Source: Candidatus Puniceispirillum sp. (GTDB lineage Bacteria > Pseudomonadota > Alphaproteobacteria > Puniceispirillales > Puniceispirillaceae). From it: a stretch of 64,000 nt of DNA. Below are positions 50,913-60,516 of the stretch, one piece after another. Location: the NCBI GenBank assembly GCA_028383305.1, contig JAOEVD010000003.1, positions 5,442-69,441 on the forward strand, written 5' to 3'. Each line of letters begins with the position of its first letter. Position 1 is the first letter of the stretch. The position numbers and the translations under genes are program-made. The notes under the pieces are model-generated. The model saw only the letters and a program-made list of their open reading frames with translations. It had not been told where the DNA came from and made no database searches.

Positions 50913-51248
50913 ATGGGCGATATTTATAAAATTTGTGATGCTGATTTGTGGGATTCGGCGGAAAAACTAGGCCGGTTTACCGGCGCGGAAATCGATATGA
51001 AAGATGGCTTTATCCATTTTTCGACCGCTGATCAAGTGGCCGAGACCTTGCGGCTGCATTTTGCCGGACGTGACGGATTGTGCCTGATAACCGTTGATGC
51101 CAGCCTTTTGGATATTCAATGGGAACCCGCCAGAAGCGGCGATTTATTTCCGCATCTTTATGCTGATTTGCCCTTATCGGCGGTTCGCTCGGTTGACCCA
51201 CTACCCCTTGGCAGTGACGGGCTATATCAATTGCCAAGCCAGCTTTGA
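50913..51248 (+). CDS. DUF952-like protein
   Basis: IYKI, DGFIHFST..Q, FPHLY. Confidence 0.85.
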   Translation: MGDIYKICDADLWDSAEKLGRFTGAEIDMKDGFIHFSTADQVAETLRLHFAGRDGLCLITVDASLLDIQWEPARSGDLFPHLYADLPLSAVRSVDPLPLGSDGLYQLPSQL

Positions 51249-51631
51249 ATTGATTCGATACGGGCGGCCTTGGTTGCGCCTAACAGCGGTTCGGCCTTGC
51301 CATTTCCCCAAACTGGGTGCGGCCATGCAGTATCACCGACATGCCGCGCAACGATATGAAAATGCAATTGTGGCACCATATTGCCAATGGCGGCACTGTT
51401 GATCTTGTCAGCATCGCAATGCGCCTGCAGCGCCTTGCCAAGGCGCCGTGTCAATTTCCATAAGGAATCTGCGGTTGCTCTATCGAGATCATGGAGTTCG
51501 GTTGCGGTGGTTTCCGGCACGATCAGCAGCCAGAAAAACCGCGCATCATCAACCAGCCTGACTTGCAACGACCCCGCCTTTGCCGCCAAAATACTGTCTT
51601 TGGCAAGGGTAGGGTGCAAGGTAAAAGCCAT
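51227..51631 (-). CDS. HIT family protein
   Basis: FTLHPTL..D, GNMVPQLHFHIVAR, AWP.PVWG. Confidence 0.88.
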   Translation of the reverse strand: MAFTLHPTLAKDSILAAKAGSLQVRLVDDARFFWLLIVPETTATELHDLDRATADSLWKLTRRLGKALQAHCDADKINSAAIGNMVPQLHFHIVARHVGDTAWPHPVWGNGKAEPLLGATKAARIESIQSWLGN

Positions 51632-51640
51632 ATGGCTTGC

Positions 51641-52717
51641 CTATCCAGCTACAATTTTGGCAATACCAGTGCCGCATGTGACGGTATCGGCTTTGCCGTC
51701 AAGATCGCCAGTGCGTAATTCTGGTGTTGAAAGGGCAGTGTCGATTGCATCGGTGATGCATTTGGCGGCCTCGGCAAACCCAAGATGTTCAAGCATCATG
51801 GCACCAGCCCAGATTTGGCCAACCGGATTGGCAATGCCCTTGCCAGCGATATCAGGTGCCGAGCCATGAACCGGCTCAAACAATGATGGGAATAACCGTT
51901 CGGGGTTGATATTTCCTGATGGGGCAACGCCAATGGTTCCGGTACAGGCAGGGCCAAGATCCGACAAGATATCGCCAAACAGATTAGAGGCCACGACGAC
52001 GTCAAACCAATCGGGGTGAAGTACGAAATTGGCGGTCAAAATGTCGATATGATATTTATCCCAGCTAACATCATCATAAGATTTTGCAACCTCTTCAACA
52101 CGTTCATCCCAATAGGGCATTGTAATTGAAATGCCATTTGATTTGGTTGCCGATGTCAGATGCTTGCGGGGGCGGCTTTGTGCCAGATCAAAGGCGAATT
52201 TCAATACGCGATCAACCCCAATACGGGTCATAACGCTTTGCTGGGTTACAAATTCGCGGTCGGTGTCGGGGAACATACGTCCGCCAACCGATGAATATTC
52301 ACCCTCGGTGTTTTCGCGGACAATTATCATATCGACATCACCAGGGCCGCGATTGGCTAAAGGTGACGGCACGCCAGGCAAAAGCTTGACCGGCCGCAAA
52401 TTGACATATTGATCAAATTCGCGCCGGAACAGGATTAGTGATCCCCATAAAGATACATGGTCGGGGATGCCGTCGGGCCAGCCAACAGCGCCAAAATAGA
52501 TGGCATCATGATTGCCGATTTGTGCTTTCCAATCATCGGGCATCATCTGCCCATGCTTGGCATAGTAATCATAGCTGGCGAAATCAAAATGATCGAAATT
52601 AAGATTGATATCGAATCGTTCCATCGCGGCCTGCAACACGCGAAGCCCCTCGGGAATGACTTCCTTACCAATGCCGTCACCTGGGATAACTGCAATATTT
52701 AATCTATTCTTCGCCAT
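51641..52717 (-). CDS. Tartrate dehydrogenase / D-malate dehydrogenase (decarboxylating)
   Basis: IPGDGIG.EV, PDHVSLWG, RREFDQYVNLRP, EPVHGSAPDIAG. Confidence 0.9.
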   Translation of the reverse strand: MAKNRLNIAVIPGDGIGKEVIPEGLRVLQAAMERFDINLNFDHFDFASYDYYAKHGQMMPDDWKAQIGNHDAIYFGAVGWPDGIPDHVSLWGSLILFRREFDQYVNLRPVKLLPGVPSPLANRGPGDVDMIIVRENTEGEYSSVGGRMFPDTDREFVTQQSVMTRIGVDRVLKFAFDLAQSRPRKHLTSATKSNGISITMPYWDERVEEVAKSYDDVSWDKYHIDILTANFVLHPDWFDVVVASNLFGDILSDLGPACTGTIGVAPSGNINPERLFPSLFEPVHGSAPDIAGKGIANPVGQIWAGAMMLEHLGFAEAAKCITDAIDTALSTPELRTGDLDGKADTVTCGTGIAKIVAG

Positions 52718-52831
52718 GATTGCTTCCATTTGAGTGAGTTATGCCAATGAATGGCTGGAAATAAAAACTCAGGATGGTAGCATACCGGCCAGCTTACAAG
52801 ATGTTTTTGCAAAAATTGACTGGTTTTGACG

Positions 52832-53875
52832 TCAAAATGGCATCGGAAATTGACGATAGGCAATCGCAATATCTTCCATCACCGTCGTGTCAAGCGTTAA
52901 ATCAGCCGCACCCAATGCAACATCAAGCTGGTCAAGATCTGTTGCGCCAAAAATCGCCGAGGTCATAAATGGACGATTCATTGCCCATGCCAGCGCCATC
53001 TGCGCGGGGTTTAAATCATGTTTGGCCGCAATATTCATATAGGCATCAAGCGCGGGCCACATCGTGTCGCAAATACGCCCGCCAAGATTGGCAACATGGC
53101 TTCGCCGTGACCCGTCAGGCGTGATATCGCCGTGATATTTTCCAGTTAATAATCCAGTGGCAAGCGGTGAAAATGCCAGTAACCCCACTTTTTCATGATG
53201 CGCCACCTCAGCCATATCAAGGTCAAAATGACGGCAAAGCAGGCTGTATTCATTCTGGACGCTAACCATACGGGGCAGGCCCTGGGCGGCCGCAATCGAC
53301 AGCCATCGCATCGTTCCCCATGCGCTTTCATTCGACAGACCAATATGACGGATTTTGCCGTCAGCACGGCATTTTTCAAGATGCTGAAGAACCTCGATCA
53401 TGTGATCAAGCACCTCGTCACTATCTTGACCGCTGGCATCATAAGTCCAGTTCTGTCGGAACATATAAGACCCACGGTTGGGCCAATGTAATTGATAAAG
53501 ATCGATGTAATCGGTTTTTAGTGAACGAAGCGAGGCATCAAGTGCAAGATCAATGCTTGCAGGCGTTATTGGCGCACCATCACGGACATTCATATAGCCT
53601 TTGCCCGATACTTTGGTGGCCAGAATGACATCCTGTCGACGCCCCGATGCGCCAATCCAGTCACCAAGAATACGTTCGGTATCGCCCTGTGTTTCCTTGG
53701 CAAGCGGGTTGACCGGATACATTTCAGCCGTATCAATGAAATTAACACCGCGATCAAGCGCCATATCAATTTGGGCATGTGCTTCAGGGGCGGTGTTTTG
53801 GCTCCCCCATGTCATGGATCCAAGGCAAAGTGCGCTGACTTTTACGTCGGTTCGGCCAAGCTGTTTATAGCGCAT
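52832..53875 (-). CDS. tas: Aldo/keto reductase (Tas-like)
   Basis: LGSMTWG, DTAEMY, YQLHWP, GLSNE, SPLA.GLLTGKY. Confidence 0.85.
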   Translation of the reverse strand: MRYKQLGRTDVKVSALCLGSMTWGSQNTAPEAHAQIDMALDRGVNFIDTAEMYPVNPLAKETQGDTERILGDWIGASGRRQDVILATKVSGKGYMNVRDGAPITPASIDLALDASLRSLKTDYIDLYQLHWPNRGSYMFRQNWTYDASGQDSDEVLDHMIEVLQHLEKCRADGKIRHIGLSNESAWGTMRWLSIAAAQGLPRMVSVQNEYSLLCRHFDLDMAEVAHHEKVGLLAFSPLATGLLTGKYHGDITPDGSRRSHVANLGGRICDTMWPALDAYMNIAAKHDLNPAQMALAWAMNRPFMTSAIFGATDLDQLDVALGAADLTLDTTVMEDIAIAYRQFPMPF

Positions 53876-54018
53876 AGATTTCCCCTAAATTTGATTGCTG
53901 GGTGACAAATCGTTCAAATACGTGATTATGACCCTGTTTTCCTCATGAATAGCCAAAAAGGCAATGGAATGCCAAGCAAATCTAACTATAGTGGTATTGA
54001 ATTGTCAGGGTGGATTTT

Positions 54019-55371
54019 ATGCGTATTGCGGTTATTGGTTCAGGTATTTCCGGCTTGGCGTCAGCTTTTCTTCTTCAAGGGCATGGTGATGTTCATCTTT
54101 TTGAGAAGGCCGCGCGTCTTGGCGGGCATAGCTATACGGTCGATGCCATTTTTGGCGATGTTGCCGTGCCGGTTGATACAGGATTTATCGTTTATAATCC
54201 GCTGAATTACCCCAATCTAATTGCGCTTTTCGATCATTTATCGGTGCCCAATATTGAAACTGATATGTCGTTTTCCGTATCGCTTGGCGGTGGGCAGATG
54301 GAATATGAAGGTTCGGTCAGGGGGCTGTTGGCGCAGCCGAAAAATTTGCTGAAAGGCCGCTATTGGTCGATGCTTTCCGATCTTGTGCGTTTTTACAAAA
54401 CCGCCGCGCGTCAAGTGGATGCCGGGCCAGTTGGCGAAACCCTGGGTCAATTTGTTGCCCGCCAAGGCTATGGAACCGCCTTTGTTGATGATCATTTGGT
54501 GCCGATGGGGGCAGCGATTTGGTCGGCTACATCCAACGCAATGATGGATTTTCCGGTGCGGGCATTTATGCAATTTATGGAAAATCATAAATTATTGAAT
54601 TTTATTGATCGGCCGCAATGGCGAACAGTTGTTGGTGGGTCACGTGAATATGTCAACCGGATTGCGGCACAGCTTGGGAATCGAATTCATCTTGAAACTG
54701 ATATTATTGGCCTTAGACGGGCGAATGGCGGGGTGATGGTTAATCTCAAGGGTCAGGGTGATGTGTGGTTTGACAAGGTTGTGATGGCAGCGCATGCCGA
54801 TCAATCTTTGGCGCTTATTGATGATGCCAGCCCACTTGAACGCCAACTGCTTGGCGCCTTTGGGTTTCAGCACAATCATGCGGTGCTGCATTCGGACGCG
54901 TCGCTTATGCCGAAACGACGCGGGGCATGGGCCGCGTGGAATTATGTGTCCGAAGCGGCAGCGCCCGCATCGCATGGCGTGGCTGGCAGTGCTGGGCAAG
55001 GCGAATTGTCCCCCACAAGCGATCTATGCCTGACCTATTGGATGAACCGGTTGCAGTCAATTGATCCTGCCTATCCGCTATATGAAACCCTAAATCCGGT
55101 TCGAATGCCCGCTGCTGCATTGATTCATGGCGAATTTGACTATCGCCATCCGGTTTTTGACGCTAAGGCGATTGCCATGCAGCCGCGCCTTGCTGAAATT
55201 CAAGGGCAGAATGGTTTGTTTTTTGCCGGTGCATGGACCGGTTTTGGATTTCACGAAGATGGCCTAAAATCAGCGGTGGCTATTGCAAAAACACTTGGGG
55301 TTGAAATCCCTTGGGACACAAAAGTAGCAGCTTTTCCAATATCATCCAAACCGATGCAAGGCATTGCCTAA
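54019..55371 (+). CDS. FAD-dependent oxidoreductase (UfaD/RSP_1091-like)
   Basis: GSGISG, VDTGFIVYN..YPN, W.AWNY, TYWMN.LQ, GFHEDG. Confidence 0.85.
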   Translation: MRIAVIGSGISGLASAFLLQGHGDVHLFEKAARLGGHSYTVDAIFGDVAVPVDTGFIVYNPLNYPNLIALFDHLSVPNIETDMSFSVSLGGGQMEYEGSVRGLLAQPKNLLKGRYWSMLSDLVRFYKTAARQVDAGPVGETLGQFVARQGYGTAFVDDHLVPMGAAIWSATSNAMMDFPVRAFMQFMENHKLLNFIDRPQWRTVVGGSREYVNRIAAQLGNRIHLETDIIGLRRANGGVMVNLKGQGDVWFDKVVMAAHADQSLALIDDASPLERQLLGAFGFQHNHAVLHSDASLMPKRRGAWAAWNYVSEAAAPASHGVAGSAGQGELSPTSDLCLTYWMNRLQSIDPAYPLYETLNPVRMPAAALIHGEFDYRHPVFDAKAIAMQPRLAEIQGQNGLFFAGAWTGFGFHEDGLKSAVAIAKTLGVEIPWDTKVAAFPISSKPMQGIA

Positions 55372-56171
55372 TGTCGGCATGCGACCTTGTTGTCTCGCAT
55401 ATTGTACATACACGGCATAGCGGTGAGCATCATCCGGCATCGCATGTTTTGCGCCGGTCTGGCTTGTCGATCTGGATTGATCTTGATCGCTTGCAAGAGG
55501 CAAATCGGCAGAGCCTGTTTTTTTCCGTTGATCAGTTCAATTTACTTGGGTTTCATCAAGCCGATCATGGGCCAAATTTCAAATCCAAAGCCGCGCTGGT
55601 TCAGCTTGGCGATTATGTTCGCCAGATCGCTGGCGAAGTGATTCCTGAAAAAAAGGTTGAAACGGTGCATCTTTTGACCTTCCCGCGTATTTTGGGGGCG
55701 GTGTTTAACCCGCTGTCAGTTTATGTGGCGGGTGACGCGTCAGGGCGCGATATTCTCTATATCTATGAAGTGCGAAACACTTTTGGTGATATGCATGCCT
55801 ATATTGGCGCGCCAAACCCCAATCATGCAACGCTTGAGGCCGAAAAGATCCTACATGTGTCACCATTTTTTCCGCTGAAAGGCCGCTATCGGCTGCGTTT
55901 GCGGATGGATGATGGGGCGATCAACCTTGCCATGCGCTATTTGATTGATGACCGGCCAGCACTTACCGCGACATTGCGCGGAACCCGCCATAGGCTTGCG
56001 AATGGCTATCTTTTTCAAAGTCTGGTGAAAGCTGGGCAATTTCCCTTCCGACCAATCATTTCAATCCATTTTGAGGCTTTGAAATTATGGCTGAAAAAGG
56101 TACCGTTCTACCCCAGGCCGGTTCCACCTGCCAAATGGTCGCGCACTAAAGATTTTGATAAGGCTAATTAA
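55371..56171 (+). CDS. DUF1365 protein (UfaO/RSP_1090-like)
   Basis: PR.LG.VFNPLS, EVRNTFG, HVSPF, IHFEALKLW.K; TAATG coupling. Confidence 0.85.
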   Translation: MSACDLVVSHIVHTRHSGEHHPASHVLRRSGLSIWIDLDRLQEANRQSLFFSVDQFNLLGFHQADHGPNFKSKAALVQLGDYVRQIAGEVIPEKKVETVHLLTFPRILGAVFNPLSVYVAGDASGRDILYIYEVRNTFGDMHAYIGAPNPNHATLEAEKILHVSPFFPLKGRYRLRLRMDDGAINLAMRYLIDDRPALTATLRGTRHRLANGYLFQSLVKAGQFPFRPIISIHFEALKLWLKKVPFYPRPVPPAKWSRTKDFDKAN

Positions 56172-56174
56172 GTA

Positions 56175-57365
56175 ATGTTTTCTAGTTTTTTGCAGCGACA
56201 TCAAGATAAATTGCTGTTCGTGATCCTTGGCAATCTTCAGTGCGGTGAGATTTCTCTAACCATGCCAGATGGCCAGCAGCATCAGTTTTCCGGTCCATTA
56301 AAAGGCCCCAAAGCCGATTTGAAAATTCACAGTAAAGATGCGGTTCGCCGCATTCTAAGTGATGGTAAAATGGGGTTTTGCGAGGCGTTTATGGATGGGC
56401 AGCTAAGCTCTGATGCGCTTCCTGAATTAATCGAGCTTGCGGCGCGCCACGACACCTATCTTGAAGAACAGCTAAAGACGAATTTTCTTCGCAAATGGGG
56501 GCTACGGCTATTTCACCATTTGCGGCGCAACAGTAAAGACGGGTCGGCGAAAAATATTGCGCATCATTATGATCTTGGTAACAATTTCTATCAGGCATGG
56601 CTCGATCCAACCATGACCTATTCATCGGCGGTGTTTGATTCGGATGACGATGACCTGACCTCGGCTCAAATCAATAAATACAAGCGGCTTGCCGAGCTTG
56701 CAGATATCCGGCCCGGTGATCAGGTTCTGGAAATTGGCTGCGGCTGGGGCGGCTTTGCCAAATATGTCACCAGCGAAATTGGCGCAAAGGTAACGGGTAT
56801 CACCATCTCAAAAGAACAATTTGCCTTTGCCAATCGTATGATTGACGAGGCTGGGCTTGGCGATAAGGTCGACTTACGGCTGATGGATTATCGTGATTTG
56901 GAAGGGCGTTTTGACAAAATTGTCTCGATCGAAATGTTTGAAGCTGTTGGCAAGGATTATTGGCCAACCTATTTTGCGATCATGTCGAAAGTGCTGAAAA
57001 AAGGTGGGCGTGCGGTGATTCAATCAATCACAATCGACCATGCTGCCTATCACTCCTACGCTAATCAGCCAGATTTTATTCAGCGTTATATTTTCCCGGG
57101 CGGCATGTTGCCATCATTGCCAATGCTGGAACGCCCCTTGGCGGATGCCGGATTGCATCTGGTTAGCGAAAGCGGCTATGCCAGCCACTACGCACGCACG
57201 CTAGACCAATGGCGCCAGCAATTTAACGCCGCATGGCCACAATTTGGCGAACAGCAGTTTGACAAGCGATTCAAACGCATGTGGGACTTGTATCTTGCCT
57301 ATTGTGAGGGCGGGTTCCGCGCCGGCATGATTGACGTCAAACAGATGCTTTTGATGCATAAATAA
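56175..57365 (+). CDS. cfa: Cfa-family SAM-dependent fatty-acyl methyltransferase (UfaM-like)
   Basis: NIAHHYDLGN, MTYSSA, LEIGCGWG, SIEMFEAVG, YIFPGG, YLAYCEGGF. Confidence 0.9.
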   Translation: MFSSFLQRHQDKLLFVILGNLQCGEISLTMPDGQQHQFSGPLKGPKADLKIHSKDAVRRILSDGKMGFCEAFMDGQLSSDALPELIELAARHDTYLEEQLKTNFLRKWGLRLFHHLRRNSKDGSAKNIAHHYDLGNNFYQAWLDPTMTYSSAVFDSDDDDLTSAQINKYKRLAELADIRPGDQVLEIGCGWGGFAKYVTSEIGAKVTGITISKEQFAFANRMIDEAGLGDKVDLRLMDYRDLEGRFDKIVSIEMFEAVGKDYWPTYFAIMSKVLKKGGRAVIQSITIDHAAYHSYANQPDFIQRYIFPGGMLPSLPMLERPLADAGLHLVSESGYASHYARTLDQWRQQFNAAWPQFGEQQFDKRFKRMWDLYLAYCEGGFRAGMIDVKQMLLMHK

Positions 57366-57381
57366 GGGTGTTTTACCTGTT

Positions 57382-57825
57382 TTATGCTGTTTTTAGCCTA
57401 AATAGCTTAAGAATGGGTCGGATGATCGCGCCAATCACCGGTAGATAACGAAGCAATTGACTGGCGCTATCCCAATGATCGATATGTTTACTAATTTTCC
57501 CGTCAGCATCGATATGAATTTCGGTCATGCCATGAAACAGCAAATTGGTATGTGGCCAGTTTTTTAACCGACCAGTCATGTCCCAGCGAAGATAGCTTGC
57601 GCTTTTAGAATGGGCGACATCACTGACAGTAAATTTCGGGTCGGTGCAGGTCTCATACATATGATTGAAAACCTGCCGAAAGCCAGCTTTGCCATGAATG
57701 ACATTAAAAGGATCGCTGAACAGAACATCCTCGGCCACAAGATCGTAAAGTTCTTCGACATTTTCTGGGGTGAGGGCGGTGAAAGCCAAAACATAAGCAT
57801 CAACTGGGTGGGGTTTTCGCGGCAT
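57382..57825 (-). CDS. NTF2/SnoaL-like protein
   Basis: F.DPFN, H.DHWD. Confidence 0.8.
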   Translation of the reverse strand: MPRKPHPVDAYVLAFTALTPENVEELYDLVAEDVLFSDPFNVIHGKAGFRQVFNHMYETCTDPKFTVSDVAHSKSASYLRWDMTGRLKNWPHTNLLFHGMTEIHIDADGKISKHIDHWDSASQLLRYLPVIGAIIRPILKLFRLKTA

Positions 57826-57854
57826 TTTTACAGTCCTTTGAAATGATGCCAACG

Positions 57855-58598
57855 CTAGAAAGTGCCGGTCTGTTTACCAACAAGGCGGAAAAACAGGCGG
57901 TCGGGCAAAAGTCGAAGCAACCCCATCTTGCGGGCAAAGGATTTTGGAAAGTTAATCGAAAAATCATGCCCTTGCATACCGTTGATAATGGCGCTGGCAG
58001 CGCTGTCAGCGCTAATCAGATCGGGCATTTCAAAATCATTGACGGCGGTCGCTTCGCTATCAACAAATCCGGGGCAGATAACCTGAATTTTAAGGCCGTG
58101 CGGCACAAGATCAAAATACAGCGATTCAGCAAGTGATATCAATGCCGCCTTGGTTGGGCCATAGGCAGCTGATTTCGGCAATCCGCGCCACCCCGCAACC
58201 GATGACACAATGGCAATATGGCCTTTGCCATCGCGAACCATATCGGGAACGAGGCCAGCCAAGGCATTGACCACACCAAGATAATTGATGGTCATGTGAT
58301 TGGCATAGATTTGTGGATCAATTTTTGTGCCATCCTGCGGCTGATAAATGCCGGCATTCAAAATAGCGACATCAATTGCGCCTGATTTAGCCTTGGCTTT
58401 GCGAATGGCGTAGGCGAGGCTTTCTGTGTCGCCAACATCAGTAGCATAGCCATTAAATGAGTTAAGTTGGTTTGCTAAAGCTGTAAGGCGCTGCTTTCGG
58501 CGTGCAACACCGCTTACCGCATGGCCGTTTGCCGTCAATTGTGTAGCAAGCGCAGCCCCTATGCCGGAAGAAGAGCCTGTAATTAAGTAATGTGACAT
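57855..58598 (-). CDS. Short-chain dehydrogenase/reductase
   Basis: TGSSSGIG, NAG, SSVAG, YGPTK, PGFV. Confidence 0.9.
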   Translation of the reverse strand: MSHYLITGSSSGIGAALATQLTANGHAVSGVARRKQRLTALANQLNSFNGYATDVGDTESLAYAIRKAKAKSGAIDVAILNAGIYQPQDGTKIDPQIYANHMTINYLGVVNALAGLVPDMVRDGKGHIAIVSSVAGWRGLPKSAAYGPTKAALISLAESLYFDLVPHGLKIQVICPGFVDSEATAVNDFEMPDLISADSAASAIINGMQGHDFSINFPKSFARKMGLLRLLPDRLFFRLVGKQTGTF

Positions 58599-58605
58599 TA
58601 GTAAT

Positions 58606-59811
58606 TTATCCACGACTTCGGAAGTTTACGGGAAAAGTAACATAATCGAGCTTCAAACCTTGCGGTGCCATGGGAAATTTTCCGGACGTTCTAATTGCAT
58701 CAATAAAGTTTTTAATAGACTCATTAGTAACTGATTTCCCAATTGTTTCGATGTTCAAAATTTCTCCTGTTCTACTTATTTTAAAGCTAATTCTAACATC
58801 GCTGCTCAGCTTTGATTCAAAAGTTCGTTCTACTATATCACTCCGAATTGCCGCCGCCCAATTTTTGAGCAGTTGTTTCTTTATAGTTAATTTTTTGGTA
58901 GAAGTGGAAAATTGATTTTGAGTTATAAAGCTCTGATTTTTATTATATAAATCTGCATTTATTGAGGCTTTTTTTGTGTCTGGTGTGTTTTCTAAAAGAC
59001 CTAAAATCAAAGTTTTTTTGCTATTAATTTTTCCAAAATCATCAGATTTTTTACCTTCAAAGATTTTGGTTTGAATTTGTTCTGCGTCAGGTGCGGCTGC
59101 TAATGTTTTATTCAGGCTTATACCCATCTGTTTTGTCGGTGATTTGCTATCTCTTGCAGTTACCAGGCGACGGTTTTGCTGAGCCGGCTTTTTAAGTTGA
59201 CTTGATAGCCTTGCATCAAGATCAGTTTTGTCGTTATCGGTAGCTTTATCATTAAAGGCATTTTTGTCCATATATTCAGGTTTTCTGGCTGCCAGATCGC
59301 TAAAGCTGGCGTCTGTTGGAGCTGTCTTGTGGTTTGGGTTTCTTGTCTGCAGTGTCTCTTTTGCAATGATTGTGGAATTTGGCGTTGGTTTTGGCTTTGG
59401 CTTTGGCTTTGGCTTTGGGATTGTCTTTAGTTTGTTTTTTGAAATTTCTGATGAAAGAACCTCGGGTTCTGAAACAGATTTTGACTGAGAAACAATCTTT
59501 GCCTCTGAAATGATATCGGGCTTTGACACAGCACTTTGCTTTGAAACAGTTATGGACTTCACTTTAGAAACCGCCTTAGAAACCGCCTTAGCAATATCCT
59601 TGGGGATTTCCTTTTGTGGCAATTTATCTGGCTTTGGCTGGTAAATAACAAATTCAAACGTTTTAAACTCATCGTTTGTATGATTTGTTTTTGCAGGATA
59701 TGCCTCTCTAAGTGCTATAATCACGGCAACGTGAACCAGCACAGATATTAGCCAACTGGTTGATTTAAGTTGGCTTGGTATTCGCATGATAGAGGAAACC
59801 TTTCTTAACAT
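58606..59811 (-). CDS. TonB/TolA-like energy transducer
   Basis: N-terminal TM with S..VH motif (ISVLVHVAV), Lys/Pro linker KPKPKPKPKP, C-terminal ISFKISRTGEI..FP domain. Confidence 0.65.
   Translation of the reverse strand: MLRKVSSIMRIPSQLKSTSWLISVLVHVAVIIALREAYPAKTNHTNDEFKTFEFVIYQPKPDKLPQKEIPKDIAKAVSKAVSKVKSITVSKQSAVSKPDIISEAKIVSQSKSVSEPEVLSSEISKNKLKTIPKPKPKPKPKPTPNSTIIAKETLQTRNPNHKTAPTDASFSDLAARKPEYMDKNAFNDKATDNDKTDLDARLSSQLKKPAQQNRRLVTARDSKSPTKQMGISLNKTLAAAPDAEQIQTKIFEGKKSDDFGKINSKKTLILGLLENTPDTKKASINADLYNKNQSFITQNQFSTSTKKLTIKKQLLKNWAAAIRSDIVERTFESKLSSDVRISFKISRTGEILNIETIGKSVTNESIKNFIDAIRTSGKFPMAPQGLKLDYVTFPVNFRSRG
59390..59418. repeat. (TTTGGC)n hexamer tract encoding KP repeats
   Basis: Four perfect copies plus a partial copy. 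Confidence 0.75.
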
Positions 59812-60515
59812 AAGAAGATTTCCTTAAAATGATTTTTGCTTAACAGTCTGTTTGGTGAGCCATCCGCGACAACTTTGCCAGCTTTTATCCCTAAAAAGCG
59901 GGTAAAGTAACTTTGCGCAATTTCAACGTCATGTAGTGAAGCAATTACAGTTATGCCAGTCTTGGAAAGCTCTTGAATAAGCGACAGGACTGATATTTTT
60001 TGAACGGGGTCAAGACTGGCGAGTGGTTCATCTAAAAATATTGTTGATGTTTGTTGAACCAGCGCCCGAGCGATAAGCACGGACGTTAATTCACCGCCTG
60101 ACAGGGATCCGATGTTTCGGTTGCTCAGTTTAGATGTGTTTGTTGCTAGCAATGCATCCTTGATCGAAAAGTTGATTTTATCGGATAAGTTCACATTTGA
60201 TTCATTCTGATACCTAAAATTTCGCAGAGTAAAACCGAGCAGCGTTTCGACGCTAACATCCCAAACAATTTCCCTTGTTTGCGGGACCCAGGCTGACAAG
60301 CGCGCTCTGTCTTCAGAGTTTTGTGAAGAAATATTGGAAAATCCTTGATGCGGTATAAGGCCTATAATCGCCTTCATCAAGGTTGATTTCCCCGCCCCAT
60401 TCAAGCCAATAATTCCTACGGCTTCACCCGAATTTACTGATAGGGTTGTGGGCTGAACAAGCTGTGCTCCATTCAACGTTACACTGAGATTTGAGGTTTT
60501 GATGCTATGAGGCAT
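59805..60515 (-). CDS. ABC ATPase, BtuD/FecE-like
   Basis: GLNGAGKST, LSGGE, LDEP, LHD. Confidence 0.9.
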   Translation of the reverse strand: MPHSIKTSNLSVTLNGAQLVQPTTLSVNSGEAVGIIGLNGAGKSTLMKAIIGLIPHQGFSNISSQNSEDRARLSAWVPQTREIVWDVSVETLLGFTLRNFRYQNESNVNLSDKINFSIKDALLATNTSKLSNRNIGSLSGGELTSVLIARALVQQTSTIFLDEPLASLDPVQKISVLSLIQELSKTGITVIASLHDVEIAQSYFTRFLGIKAGKVVADGSPNRLLSKNHFKEIFLC

Positions 60516-60516
60516 A

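Noticed and set aside
53876-54018. RpoE (ChrR) promoter upstream of the ufa-like operon
   Set aside because: No clear TGATCC -35 element seen
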